Of a stretch of 64,000 nucleotides of DNA, positions 38,336 through 51,136 are shown in pieces. A program made the position numbers and the translations under genes. Source of the DNA: Vicugna vicugna (lineage: Eukaryota); contig MU057981.1 of assembly GCA_013265495.1 (NCBI GenBank), positions 1 through 64,000 on the forward strand, given 5' to 3'. The notes below the pieces were generated by a model, which saw only the letters and a list, made by a program, of their open reading frames with translations, was not told the origin of the DNA and did not search any database. Position 1 is the first letter of the stretch. Each line of letters starts with the position of its first letter.

Positions 38336-41300
38336 CCTCTCAGGAGAGCACGGTTTTATTTGATAATTTTTAGAAACTGATGGCTATAGGATAGCAATAA
38401 ATCCTCTCCCTACAGAGGAGATCACTTCAAGCTGAAGTATTAGGAGCACAGTTCCTGAAGACCAGTCCGCCACAAAGACCCAGCAATGATGTGGCATTTG
38501 TCACTGAGGGAAAGAGTGTAGGTGGCCTGTGCGGTTCTGTGTAGAAGGGGCTGTGCAGAGCCACACCTACATCAGTTTCTTGCCTCTTTCTTCCCGCTCA
38601 CAGCTACAAAGCCCACACTGTGTGTCAGGCCCTGGGCAGTAAGAGGCAGCTTGAATGTAAGCACTGTTCTGGAAAGGATTCAAAGCTCTAGGGGTGAATT
38701 CCAGGTACTTCAGGGCCTCTGGCAGGTCCCTGACTCGTGTGGAATGTGCTCGCGTGGTTTAGACCCGCAGCTTGCATCCTCAGCTCAGAGCACCCTGGGC
38801 AGCCAGGCTTCGTGGGCCTGTGACCAGAGCAGTCCTACCTGGGGCCTGTGCTCGGGAGGGCCCACACTTAATTTAAGGCTCTGCCATCACAGTCTTCAAA
38901 TTCTTAATACATTTTAAATATGGGATCCTGTGTTTTCATTTTGCCAGAGAAATTAGGCAGCTGACTCCTGCAGGCAGCTTTTACATATGTCTAGGAGCCC
39001 AGAATGCACCCAGATCAATGAATCAGAATTCCTGGAGGTGGGACCTAGGCCTCTGCACGTTGTAAGCTCTCCAGGGGATGGCAGTGGGCAGCCAGCGTTG
39101 GGAACCACTGGTAGAACAGAAGTTTCCTCCTTGGTGGGGGGTTGTGTGTGTGGTAGGGGCTAGAGGATTTCCCTGCAGCACATTCATGAACTGCACAGAC
39201 TGATGTGTAGATGGGATAATATTCTGATTCCTAAATATTCTGATCCCACCCAACTAACCAAGCAGGAACTTTTGATGAAGATGACATTTGTCTATGAGAT
39301 AGTCCCACCGTGTTTGCTGTTCCCTGGTGGTTGAGTCACTCTGAGAGTAACTGCCTAGTTGGGGCACAGTGGTCCCCGCATTGTGAGCTCCCATCCACAT
39401 GGCACTGTCCCTGTGACACTGCTAACTGAACACACTAGGTTGACGTGTCAGAAAGGTGGATTCCAAATATCTACACACACACATATGAATGTATACATAC
39501 ATAAGCATACTCCATCTACACACGTGTGTATATATACATATACATACACACCTGTAGATGGCAGGTCGCTTTTCCTTGGTACTTTTCTTGAAATTTTACT
39601 TACTTGAACTACGAAAGCAATGCTTATTATAACAGATTAAACAACATAAAAGTAACTAAACTAAGTTTACCAATCTACTCACCCGCACCTATTCCCCCCT
39701 TTCTAGTGTAACCATTTTTTAAAATAATTTGAATTTGAAACGAAATTTGCTATGAATTTTTTCCATAGGGTCTTTCTGCATTCAAACACACACCCCATAA
39801 GGGTGGTGACTACAAGATCGCATGGTGTCACTTGCTCTTTTCTTCTTCACTTAGCAACATAATGTGGGCATCTTTGAAGTCAGTACATCTCACTCATCTA
39901 TTAGTTCTTAGTAGCTCATGGCAGTTCTGCAGGATGGCTGTCCCGTTTTCCAGCCATCCCCCTGATTATGGTCATACAGTATTTGGCTGTAGAAGGAGAT
40001 ACTGTGATAGACAGTCTTTTGTGAAAATGTAAATACTGGTACTTCTACATCTTCTGGATAGAGCAGCCTCCAGCAGTTGATAACCCAAGAATGGGCAAAG
40101 CAAAAGCCACACAAGTCACTGCAACTGTGACACCTCCACTTGTATTGGTGTGCCTACCATGTACCGTGCAGTGGGATGCAAGCTGCGGATGTGAAGGAGA
40201 CGTGGTCTGACCCTAAACAGTTGTGATCTCAGTCCCAGTGTCACACGCACTGTATAGCTCAGGTGCATTCTGACATCTTCCTGATGGTGCTTCACCTCTA
40301 CTCTAGCCCTAGGTTCTAGCAAATTCCCTTGGCTCTGGAGCAGTTTTGCACACAGCCCTTTCATGTGGCTTCCTTCCAGCCCACGCTGCAGGAATTACAG
40401 GAGACTCCCAGCTGTGTCACAGGTGTTGGCTTGCTTTTCTAACGCAGCTGGGTGCTTATCTGGTTGCTCACAGTTAGCTGCATCATTTTCCTCCAGAAGC
40501 TGAAAGTGAAAAAGTTTCCCCATGTTTCTCCTCAGGCCTTTGATGCACTTCCGTGATGCACTTCAAGGAGATGCTAAGCTGTTTCACGTGAAAGAACAGA
40601 AGTTACAAAACCAAGTTACATCAGAAAATAACTTTTGAAAGTACATTTAATGGGATTCGACAGATTTTTATAGGTAGCTGTGAGAGAGCGTCACCAGAAT
40701 TGTTCTCACTCCTGGTGGTCTCGCTGCAGGAGTGCTGAGAGGCTGCGGTGCCCGTGGAGGTGGGCAGCCCGGTCTGCTGTTCGGCTGCCAGGAACCTTCA
40801 GCTGCGGCACCTCGGGTCTGCCCCGGCTTTCCTGCAGGGAGAGGCTCTTTCTAGCAACCCCAGTCCGTGGCTGAGCACTGCGGGATGCTGGGGCCTGGGC
40901 TTGTCTGGAACGGGCGCTCTGTTCTGGAACTCCTCACTGGGCTGGGTGAGACTGTCAGGTCTGCGCCAGCCGCATCTGTGTTGCAGTCTGGGCCTCCCCT
41001 TGTCCACTCCTGCTTCTTCCTCTCTTTGCATGAGGTCAGGTCTGCGTCGTGATCTGGGACTCTGCCTAATCCTGCTTCCTCTCCCTTGTATCCTGCACAG
41101 GGTCTGCTAACTTCCCTCCCTAACTCCTCAGTGTCTGCTTTCTGAGGGACTCAGTAGACACAAATACTTCCAGGACAATGTAGGAACAAAAACGCTAGAC
41201 ATCCCATTCAGAGGACTCAAGTACCTGATGCCCAAGTGTCCCCTAGCCCTGGGACAGTCTTGCACCGGGCTCTGCTGACAATAAGTTACGATTCTGCCAC

Positions 41301-41554
41301 GGTGAAACTGACCACTTCACTTCAACTGTTCAGCTGGGACACAAATGAAAAGCCAATTGTGGCAAAAAACAAACTCATAGACAATCTGAAATTCCACTTT
41401 GTGGAAGTTTTCTAAGACCTGAGGTAAAGAAAGTATTGAGTATTCCTTCTGTGTTTGCCATGAACTGATTAGAGCCAAGACATCAGAGTTACAATGAGAG
41501 AACACAACTTCCCTTCTGCCATCCTAATCACCATTCCACTGGGAGCATTATTTT

Positions 41555-41850
41555 ATTAAAAAAATTTTAATGAAATTGAGTTGATTTACAATGTTAGTTT
41601 CAGGTGTACAGTGTACAGTGAAGTGATTCACATACATATATATATATTTTTTTTCTTTTCAGATTTTTTCCATTATATGTTATTGTAAGAAATTGAATAT
41701 AGTTCCCTATGCTATACAGTAGGTCCTTGTTGTTCATCTATTTTGTATTTTATAATGTGTATCTGTTAATCCCCAGTGCCTAATTTATCCCTCCCACCCT
41801 TTCTTCTTTGGTAACCATAGTTTGTTGTTTCTCTGTCTGTGAGTCTGTTT
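41555..41850 (-). mobile_element. Short L1 3'UTR insertion ~90 nt upstream of an EPHB1-like exon
   Basis: ttgatttacaatgttagtttcaggtgtaca..gaatatagttccctatgctatacagtaggtccttgttg..ggtaaccatagtttg..gtctgtgagtctgttt. Confidence 0.85.
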
Positions 41851-41939
41851 TCAGGAGCACCATTGTTCTTGATAAGCTGCCTCCGCTGGTGGTTCCCTAC
41901 ACTGAGAAGGAAGCAGGTAATATGGCCTTCTTGTTGCAG

Positions 41940-42186
41940 GAGAGTTTGGAGAGGTATACAAGGGGCACATGGAACTTCTGGGCAAGAGGGAAAACTACGT
42001 GGCCATCAAGATGCTGAAGACTGGGTACTCGGAAAAGCAGTGTCCAGACTTTATGGCAAGGCCAGCGTCATGGGTCTGTTTAACCATCCCAACATCATTC
42101 GCCTGGAGGGCGTGGTCACCAAAAGTCAGGCAGTCATGACCATCACGGAGTTCATGGAGAATGGCTCTTTGGATTTGTTCCTCAGA
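41940..42186 (+). pseudogene. EPHB1: EPHB1-like kinase N-lobe exon (247 nt, 1-nt deletion)
   Basis: ttgcag|..AGA|gtaagg; [37 protein letters not shown] / frameshift ~42055 / [43 protein letters not shown]. Confidence 0.95.
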
Positions 42187-45100
42187 GTAAGGGCAGCTCA
42201 GGGGCATGGGTGATGCTGGTACCGGGGGACAGTGGAGGACAGTGTCTGGACCGGGGGAGAAGCATCTGCTTGAGGACAGCCTGATGCTCAGGAATCCCTG
42301 ATGAAACGCGGGCGGGTGTTGGAGATGTCAGTGAGGTGAACAGATTTGTTGCTAAAAGGAAAGAACAAAGCAGAGTGTGCGGACCCCTGGGCAGAAGGAC
42401 GGCACAGAGCAGGGCCAGGGTCAGCGCTTGCTGGATGAGCAGGGATGAATGGGGGAGGACAGAGAATGGCCCTCAGCATCCGCGTGGATCACAGAGACTG
42501 AAGACTTTGAGCGGCTACGCCGTCCTGCATGATTCAGGCAGACGCCGGTGGCCATCTCAGACTTCTCCCGAGTGCAGCTTCCCTCCCAGCCCGCTCTCCT
42601 CACTGACAGTCCTGAGATAGAACAGGCTTCCCTTTTCTGATGCCTGGGCTGCCTGGCCTCTGAGGAGGCGCTTCTGGGCAACTCAGGGGAAGACTGGATC
42701 ACATGCGTCCACAAGTCTTTTCTGGGGTTGATAAGGAGCTATAGCTCCCAGCCAGCCAGAGGTGGGGGTCCCTGAAGGCTTCTGACCAGAAGATTAATAA
42801 AAGACCATCATCAGGACGTGCCCAAAGGCAGCCACAGGGGAAGCACTTTCATTCCTGTGGGGTATCCCAGAGCTACTCAGACAGGGGCTGAGTGGTGGTG
42901 AGCGTGATGCTCATGTGCAGGAGTGGACGGTCTCTTACCATAGGCGGGGGACCAAGGCCTGCCTCACTGGGACCAGAGGCTCAGCTGGGGACTGCTGGGC
43001 ATCCTGGGAGCAAAGGGTACAGGGGGCGGCATCAAAGAAGGGGCAGGGCCTTCTGAGCAAGGCTTCAGAGTAATACCAAGGAGCAGGCTGTGGCTGTCAC
43101 CAGAGCCACCAAACAGTAGCTGTGGCTGCAGATCAAAGGGCCCTTCACAGAGCCAGTCATTGGAACATATATGAGGTGGCTGCTGTGGTCATGCCCTGTG
43201 CTGGGAACTGGGCCTGTAAGAGAGGAAAGAGATGAGGCTCTGATGCTGTGGGACAGATCACCCCAAGATGTGGGTGGCTCGGCACCACAACACTGTGTTT
43301 TGCTTGTAAGCCTGTGGTTTGGGCGGACTCGGCGGGGCAGCTCTGTTCCATGTGTTGTCAGCACGGGCAGCTCAGGGGCTCAGGCCTGGGATTGTATGAA
43401 GGCTCGTTCACTCACCTGCCTCCTAGTTGACGCTGGCACCCCTCCACCTGGCCTGCCAGGGCTTCCCCACGGCAAACTGGGCCCCAAGAATGCACCCCGA
43501 GAACAGAAGGCAAAAGCTGTATCCATGTTGTAATCTAGGCTGAAAAGCCTCACAGCGTCCCTCAGCCCATGATGGGCCACCTAGATTCAAGAGGAGAAAA
43601 CGTGCCCCCCATTTTGTTGGAGGGCCATAACCTGAGGGCTTCATAAACATAAGGCATGGGGGTTCCGTCGTGCCCATCTTCGAGAATACTACCTGCCCAG
43701 AGGTCCCGGCCCCACCCACTCCCAGCCTTAGTGCCCAAAGCTCCCAGCAGTCATCCCCCTTGGTGACACTTGTTGTCTTTGTGCATGGAGTACAAAGTAT
43801 CACATAAAGAATTGAAATCTTCCTGAGGAAGTCAGGGGGAGAGAGAGAATTTCTCTGATACTGGAGAAAGAGGAATTTGCCAGATGGGTCAGGAATGGGC
43901 TGGTAGGCCGACAGAACAGCACAACTGGGTGTTCAGAGGCCTGTTAAGTAGTCAGTCCTTAGCTGAGTGGAGTCTCCCCCGCTCAGCAGCAGGGCTTCAG
44001 GGCTGCGGTGTGGAAGGGCATCGGAGGACTAGCCTAGAAGCTGCATTGTACACACTGAAGCTACACTGCGGTGGGGAGCACACACTTAATGCCTCATCTG
44101 GGTTGTTGAGCAGTAGTGGGTTTTGTTTGTCGGGGTAGGGGTGACTGGTGTGGATTGTGGGGCCCACGTACGTTGCCTGGTACAGCTTCCTTGAGGGTAT
44201 GAGTTATGCTTTGTATTTTGAGACCCCAGCACCTGGCACAGTGAGCACTTGGTAAATGCGAGTTGAGTGAAAAACATTAGAGACCATTTCTGGAACAAAG
44301 GCGTCTGGGCGAGCGTGGCAGGAGAGCTGGAGCATCCTGAGTGTACGCGGTCCTTGTGGCCAGGCCCGTCGTGTCAGCGCAGGGCACGGACCGTGCTTTC
44401 CCGCGGACATTCCTTCATGAGCAGAGGTCTTGTGAAGACAGCCAGCTAGAAGTGAATCAAAGGCTGTGTTAGAAGAAAAGGTCCTCTGGAACCAGCCTCC
44501 AGACGCGTTCAGGAGTCATTTATTTCCTACAAGTCACCTGTCTGTGCTTCACAGAGCCACACGACAAGACCTGGGGACTGTGATCAGACTCTCTCCCCAG
44601 AATATGCAAGGGAACAGGGAGATTCATTCCCAGGAGCCGGCAGAAAACCCAAACCCAGCACACTGCTGCTCTTCATGGGCCGATTTCTTGAGGGAGGAGA
44701 GGCAGGACGGTGGGGTGGGTTGGACACCAGTATTTTTCTTGATGTTGTGGCCCAGGCAAGTGGGGGAAAGCGGGGGGCAAGAGAGGAGCAAGGGAAGGAA
44801 AGTCTGGCAGGAAGGGGCAACGGAGCAGGCAGGGCTTGGGGGGAGGGAAGTCGGCGCCTCTGCTTCCCGCATGGCCTGGGGGCAGGCGATCTGTGAATCT
44901 AACTTCAGTCTGACTACCAAGCAGTGGAGCCTAGCAGCATTAATTGATGAATCCGCTGCTTGATAAAACTGAAAAGTGGGTCATTGGTTCAGTTCGGCAG
45001 GGTCCATCTTCTTGGGAAGCAGTATAATTTTAGGATCACCATGCAGAGAAGCAGAGAATCAAAGAAAAGGGTTAGTCTTCCATTTCTGCACTTGTTCCCT

Positions 45101-48100
45101 TCCTCCCCACACCCCCACTGGACGTGGCGGCTTTGAAGGCTGGCCACGGCTCCAGCTCCCCATCAGCATCTGAGAGATCCTGGGCATCAGGCGTCCAGTG
45201 AGCACGTTGGACAGGCCTCCTCAGAGCAGCTCACTGCTGCTCTCCCATTGCAGGATTTAAAATCCACATTCTGGAGGAACTGGAAACACCGTCATCTGTA
45301 GCCACACATTCAGTAACTTCATCATTATTCATATTTTTAAAAAGTCTGTGCCAGGGATTAGGCAGCAGATCCATAAGTAAACATTTCCTTCTTGGGGCTC
45401 CGATTCAGGAATTCAATCTTGCAGCTCTTCCGTAATCTTAGGAACAAGCCCTGCAGCCTCCCTCCGTGTCCTATGCTGCAGCCACGTGGCATGAAGGCCC
45501 CGTAAAGCCTTTGCGGCTAAAGCTCGGCCTTACTGTCCCTGCTGGCTTATTCATGGGTGGTCGTAACCAGAAGACTCTTGGAAGTCACTGAATAATGTCA
45601 GATGGGGGCATTTATCATTCACGGGCTGGAGCTAGAGGTCAGCAGCCCAGTTGTCAGGAAGGCACCAGACTGGCAGTCCTGAGAGTGAGGCCCTGCTTTG
45701 GGCTCTGCCGTGAGTCACCCTGTGGCCTTGAGCAAATCCGTTAACTCAATTTCCCATCTATAATCTAAAGGCATTGAACTAGATGATGTTGAAAGCACTC
45801 TTTTCAGGTTAAAAAACAGAAACAAAAACAAAAACTATGAGTCATTCTCTTCAAACAAATCAAACAAGGGTTTCATTTTCTGAAGTGGGTTTGTCAGCGA
45901 AAGTTGAAATACCTAAATCCTTCCGGTCTAATAAAAGGGCCAGCAAGTGGCTTCAGTGAGTTTACAGAAAAGCAATTTCAGCAGAAAGCACTTCATGAAG
46001 GGAAGAAAGTTTAAATCACTTCACCTAGCCTGTATTCTGTGAGCTCTGTTTTTACCATGTGCTCACCATGGAAACAGATCTTCTCTCAGAGTTCTAAGAA
46101 ATCTGATTTTCTTTTTCTGTCTTGTTTATCTTTGTATGTTGATGCTCATGTTTCTGGAAGTTTTTATGGGGGAGTTTATACCAATGAGCTGAATATAAAA
46201 CAGCTGAACTTGTCAGAAAATCTTCATATGTTTATATCTTTAAATTTCACCAAGATTATGAACTGTCTTATCATGATATGTGATTTCCCTGCGGATCCTA
46301 AAGAAAATGTGCTGCACAGTCAGCATTTTCCAGTGGAAAAGGCACTGGATAGGGATTAGAAAAGATTCATCCGAGAGTGACCTATTTGTGGTACTCATCT
46401 CTACTTTCTGTTTCTATGACCACGGCAGACATCATTAATCAAACATGGCTCTTCTTCCTACAGAGTTTACACACAGACTTCACACTGCATTTGAGGCAGC
46501 CATTGCCAGTTGATCAAGGATTAAGTGTCATTGGAGAAGCAATTTACCATTTGGTCTTAGATTCTTGTTATAAGTCAAAATTACACAGTGATTAAAGGCT
46601 GATCACTTAAACCTTCTGGACTTCCTTTATCTTGTCTATAAAAACAATGTATTATCACCTGCCTTGCCTACTCCACAGGACTGTTTTTAAGCATGAAAAC
46701 ATATTCCATGAAGTATGACTTGCCATTGAAAAGTCAAACAAGGGATGAAATCACTATCTGTAGATTAATTGATCCAAACTTCAGGCCAGCATCATTAGGT
46801 CCTACTATAATTAGGTTAGGGGTGGTTATGACAGATGCCAAACTGTTGAGCTCAGAATGCACTGTAAACTAGGCTCTCCAAGGGCCATGATCCGAGGATG
46901 TCTGCCCCACACACCCACAAAGCCAGGAGGAACCTATAGTCCCGGCCCGAAGTGTCCTCCATCTCTCGCCGCACATCTGGGGTACTTGGGAGAGCTGACT
47001 TGTGAGATGACAAGGCCTTACTGATAATTCCAGCAATCGATGCTGCTGTCTTAGTGTTCATGGGGTGCTGAGCTAAGCCTTCACAGGTATTGTCTTATTG
47101 AACCTTGAATCCATAATCTTAGGAAGAATGGGCACTGTGTTCTTATTTTCCAGATGTGGGAATAACTTGCCCAGAGACACACAGCCAGTGAGAGACAGAG
47201 CCTGTCTCCAGCCTCAGGCTATCTGGCTCCAAAGCCTGGACTTTTAACCACTCCTTGTCCTTCGTGGACCCCAGAAACTATAAGGATGACTGATCTAAAT
47301 ATTAAAACAAATCAGAAAGTGAAGCAGCTCAAGGAAGTTTTTGACTTAAAGTGGAAACATAGACACAAATCCGCAAATATTTTCAACCCTGCTCTTCTTG
47401 AAGCTGTTTCCAGCTACGACCAGTGCCCTCCCCAACATCTGTCTACAAGCGGGCTTCTTTAGGGAGACATTCATTTTAACCATGTTGTCGTCCTCACTTA
47501 CAGAGGGAAAGTAACAAACTGAATTGGAAAAATATTACCCATGTGACTTATGGCTAAAATCCATTTTCTAATACATGGAAGTTGCGTGACAACCTTCTGG
47601 GGAAGCAGATCCCTAGAGACCTACTTAGAGGAGTGATGTGCTGGGAAAAGCCAGACGAGCTTCTGGAGTTGCTGAGTGGGGTTCATTAGTGAGAAAGATT
47701 TGCATCACTCACGGAACACCCAGCTCTGGCAGATGGGTACCGTGTGCTGAAACCAGTCAGTTTCTAAAAATCAGCTCTACACTTTCTTTCGGAGTTGGTT
47801 ACAGGCAAAGATTGCAGACTGTGCATTCTGGGCAGGCTGGGAGGTGGTCGAGGTTGGAGCGAGGAACAGCCTGTCTTGCCTACTCCACAGGACTGGTTTC
47901 AAGGATGAGTGCATGAAACACAGTGTGTTTGGGGGTCCTTCCTCTGATCGGGGCTGGGGGTCAGGAAGGAGGGGAGGGGATGCCAGTTTGCTCCACTCCT
48001 TCAACTGACCGTGGGTTGCGATCTTGCACAAGGAGCAGAGATCTTCAACAATTCACACTATCATTGTTAGACTTTTTGATTGTTAGTTTTTCCCTAATAG

Positions 48101-48859
48101 TGAATTTTTATAACAGCTCTTTTATTTTCCCTTACTTACCTTTGCATAGAAAATACTTTTGCAAGAGTGCATGCTAAAATGGTATGTCCGGTCCATCCCA
48201 GTGAGATAATGCTTTGAGGGCGCTGTGGACAATCTCATAGACAGTAGGTTCTCCTTAAATGGGAGCTGCTCACTCTGCTTATGCTTCCTGCATGTCAAAC
48301 GAGGGCACTGGGGCAGAGGGAGGGACTGCTTTGCCAGGGTCTGTGTTCAGCGGTGACTAGACTAGCCCCAGGGTGTCCCGCCTCCTCCCGCCTCCCCCCA
48401 GTCAGAGCATCTCAGTGCCTGGGCCATGCTCTACCTCAGAATACAGCTCCCAGCCCTTTGGGGAGCAGTTGTGGCTGGTCTAGGTGGGAAAATGTGTTCC
48501 TGGCAGCATGGCCCAGGGACCACTAATGTAACCAGTGTGTGCAGAGCCCAGACTCAGGGGCTCTGGGGAGGCAGGAGGAAGGCACAGATTTATTCACAGA
48601 AGAGCCAGTCATCTAAGCATGGAGGAGGGAGGGCAGCCAGGTGAGAAGCTTTGACTGGCGAGAAGGCAGGGTTTCAGGTTGGCAGGAGGGGGGCAGCAAC
48701 AGCTCCCATCCGCTGGGAGGGGCCACGGGTCTGACACAGGTGGTTCTTGCACCCCTCCTACCACCAAGCCCTCTGAGGCGGGTGTGGTTATCCCAGTGTT
48801 GAGGAAAACACCTTGACATTTAAATCCTGGAGACAGTAAGAGACGTAGTAGTTATTCAT

Positions 48860-49610
48860 CCAGCACACGTTTATTGAGCTTTTCTGTCTGCATTAACGTC
48901 CACAACACCGGAAGTGCTATGGTGACCACGGGAGCACGTTCTTGTCTCAAAGAGCTTAGAATGAAGCATCAGACACACACACACCCGCACACCCCTAAAG
49001 CTTTTGATATATGCTAAGGAGGGAAATAAGAGCATGCACTGAAAGACAGTGGTTAAGAAAGTGCTAGTTATGTTTAGGGGAGGGGACAGCCTCAGAGACA
49101 TCCTCTTTGAGGAAGTAACATTTAAGTGGAGATCTGAGGCAAGTAGGTGTTGACTGTAGGGGAAAGGCACATGTAAGGGCCCTGAGGCAGGAAGGCTGGG
49201 CTTGGGAAAGGAGTGAAAGATTGCCAGTCACTGTGATTTTAGCACAGAAGTGAGGACAGAGTGGCAGTAAGGGGAGGCAGAGGCTGATCCCACGGGGCCC
49301 GGTGGGCCATGCTGAGGAGTTTGGAGCTTTTCCTTAATGCAGCGGGAAGGGCTTCAAGCCAGCAAGCGACATGACCAGATTTGTCTTACAAAGATAGTTT
49401 TAGCTGCTGTTAGAGGATGGATTCAATGGGGGGGAGGGGGAGGGCAGGTGGAGGGAGGCTGTTATTGGTGATGGATGACAATGACTTGGTTGGAATGGTG
49501 GCAGTGGAGGTGGAGAGGAGTGGATGAGTTTGAGATTAAATTTGGAGACTAAACCTACGAAGCCTGGGACGGAGAAAAGAGCTGAGCATCCAAGGGGAGG
49601 GATGAGGATG
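48860..49610 (-). mobile_element. L2 LINE fragment
   Basis: tttattgagc, gaggaagtaacatttaag, aagggccctgaggcagga and ggtggcagtggaggtggagagga motifs. Confidence 0.65.
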
Positions 49611-49744
49611 GAGTGGGGAGGGGGAGGTGGGAGCAGCTTAGCCTGGCACTGATGGAGGGACAAGCAGTGGGACCATGGCACCTCAGCTTCTGTTTAACCC
49701 CTGAAGCCCATCTTGACCTGGATGCTGTTGGTGTCTTATTACAG

Positions 49745-49951
49745 CAAAATGACGGGCAGTTGACGGTGATCCAGCTGGTGGGCATGCTCGGGGGCATCGC
49801 CGCGGGCATGAAGTACCTGGCCGAGATGAACTGTGTGCCCCGGGACCTGACTGCGTGGAACACTCATCAACAGTAACCTGTGTGCAAGGTGTCCAGCCTT
49901 TCCCGCTACCTCCAGGGCGACACCTCAGACCCCACCTACACCAGCTCCTTG
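49745..49951 (+). pseudogene. EPHB1: EPHB1-like catalytic/activation-loop exon (207 nt, three deletions)
   Basis: ttacag|..TTG|gtgaac; QNDGQLTVIQLVGMLGGIAAGMKYLAEMNCVPRDLTAWN, then 2-nt and 1-nt deletions (TAA 49874-49876), then CKVS-SLSRYLQGDTSDPTYTSSL with DFG lost. Confidence 0.95.
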
Positions 49952-50922
49952 GTGAACCCTTCTGGACCTTCTCGGGTCAAAGTATGGCCTGAGTGACAGG
50001 TGGCTGCACATGGCAGGGTTTACTGGGAGGGCCTGGGACCTGAACACACTTGCCCACGTTGGGGAGCCAGGTGCTGGCTGGGCCATTCATCCAGGAGAAA
50101 CAACGGGAGTTGGCTGTCCAGGTAAGAATTCAGGCACCAGCTGAGGGGGGCTGGGGTCTCCCCTGAAGCCATGCTGCTCCCTGGCCAATGCAAGAGGATG
50201 TTTTGGAACATGATTTGGGGGAATTCAAAAGTCTGGACAGTGGCATCAGAGACCTCCGCCAGCCGGGACTGGCTCCGGTGGGGCTGAGCACTGGGGCACC
50301 AGGTGGATTCCTGGCCCCTTCCTCTTCCCCAACCCCCACCAGCAGGCAGCTGTGAGCGCCGCCTGCGCCACGTGCCTCGTCTGTGCTGCTCACTCGGCCT
50401 GCCCCCCAAGCCCCGCAGTGCTAGTCGTCTGTGTCCAGGTGCCTGGTTGACATCGTTCCATTTAGAATGTTCACAGGCCCAAAACAGCTCTGATTCCCTC
50501 TCCAATTCCCCCTCCCAGACTCTCCGGCTCAGTGGCTGCACCATTCAACTCACGACTGAAGCCTAGGAAGCAGTCTTGATTGCTCTGTGCCTCTCCATCC
50601 ATGTCCAGTCCCTCAGCAACTCTGGTCAGTTTCTATAAACTGTCCCCTTCTTTCCGTGTCTCCTGTGCCCCCACGCCTACCCGATTCCAAAGCAGCACTC
50701 TCTGTCACCTGGGCTGTTACTGTAGCTTCATATTTAGTCTCCCTGGTCTCCTTTTGTCTTCTGAAGGCCATTCCCAACAGTGGCCAAAGTGACTGGTCTT
50801 CCTACCCACCTACCTGTCCACCTGTATTCCTTCAGCTTGCAGAAATGATACATGATTATTATAAAAATCACAGCAATACAGAGAAGAGGAAAGGAGTAAC
50901 TCAGAAACTACTGTTGCCCTGA

Positions 50923-51136
50923 AGCAGGGTGAGGTAAACATTCCCTAAAAGGCCATAGAGTAAAAAATTTAGGCTGTGCTGCCTAAGAGGCCAAAGGAGG
51001 CTATGATGTAGATGATTATAGAACCAGTTAAAATGTAACCCTTTAAAAAATGTGTGAACACCATTCTCAGCCCATGGGCTGTAGAAAACCAGATGGCCCC
51101 ACCAGATTCGGTACCCAGACCGTGGTTTACCGACTC
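50923..51136. mobile_element. MER58-like DNA transposon relic
   Basis: gcagggtgaggtaaacattccctaaaaggccatagagtaaa...ccattctcagccc...gtggtttaccgactcctg. Confidence 0.65.

Larger units (their letters stand above)
30419..49951 (+). pseudogene. EPHB1: Unprocessed EPHB1 pseudogene segment (juxtamembrane and kinase exons with introns)
   Basis: Three AG/GT-bounded exons in correct order and phase with EPHB1-diagnostic residues (GMKIY.DP, GEVYKG, YVAIK..K.GYSEKQ, SRYLQ.DTSDPTYTSSL); frameshifts and lost catalytic motifs. Confidence 0.93.

Noticed and set aside
30419..49951. Functional EPHB1, a natural pseudokinase such as EPHB6/EPHA10, or a processed pseudogene
   Set aside because: Frameshifts and stops exclude a coding gene; the residues are EPHB1-specific; introns are present
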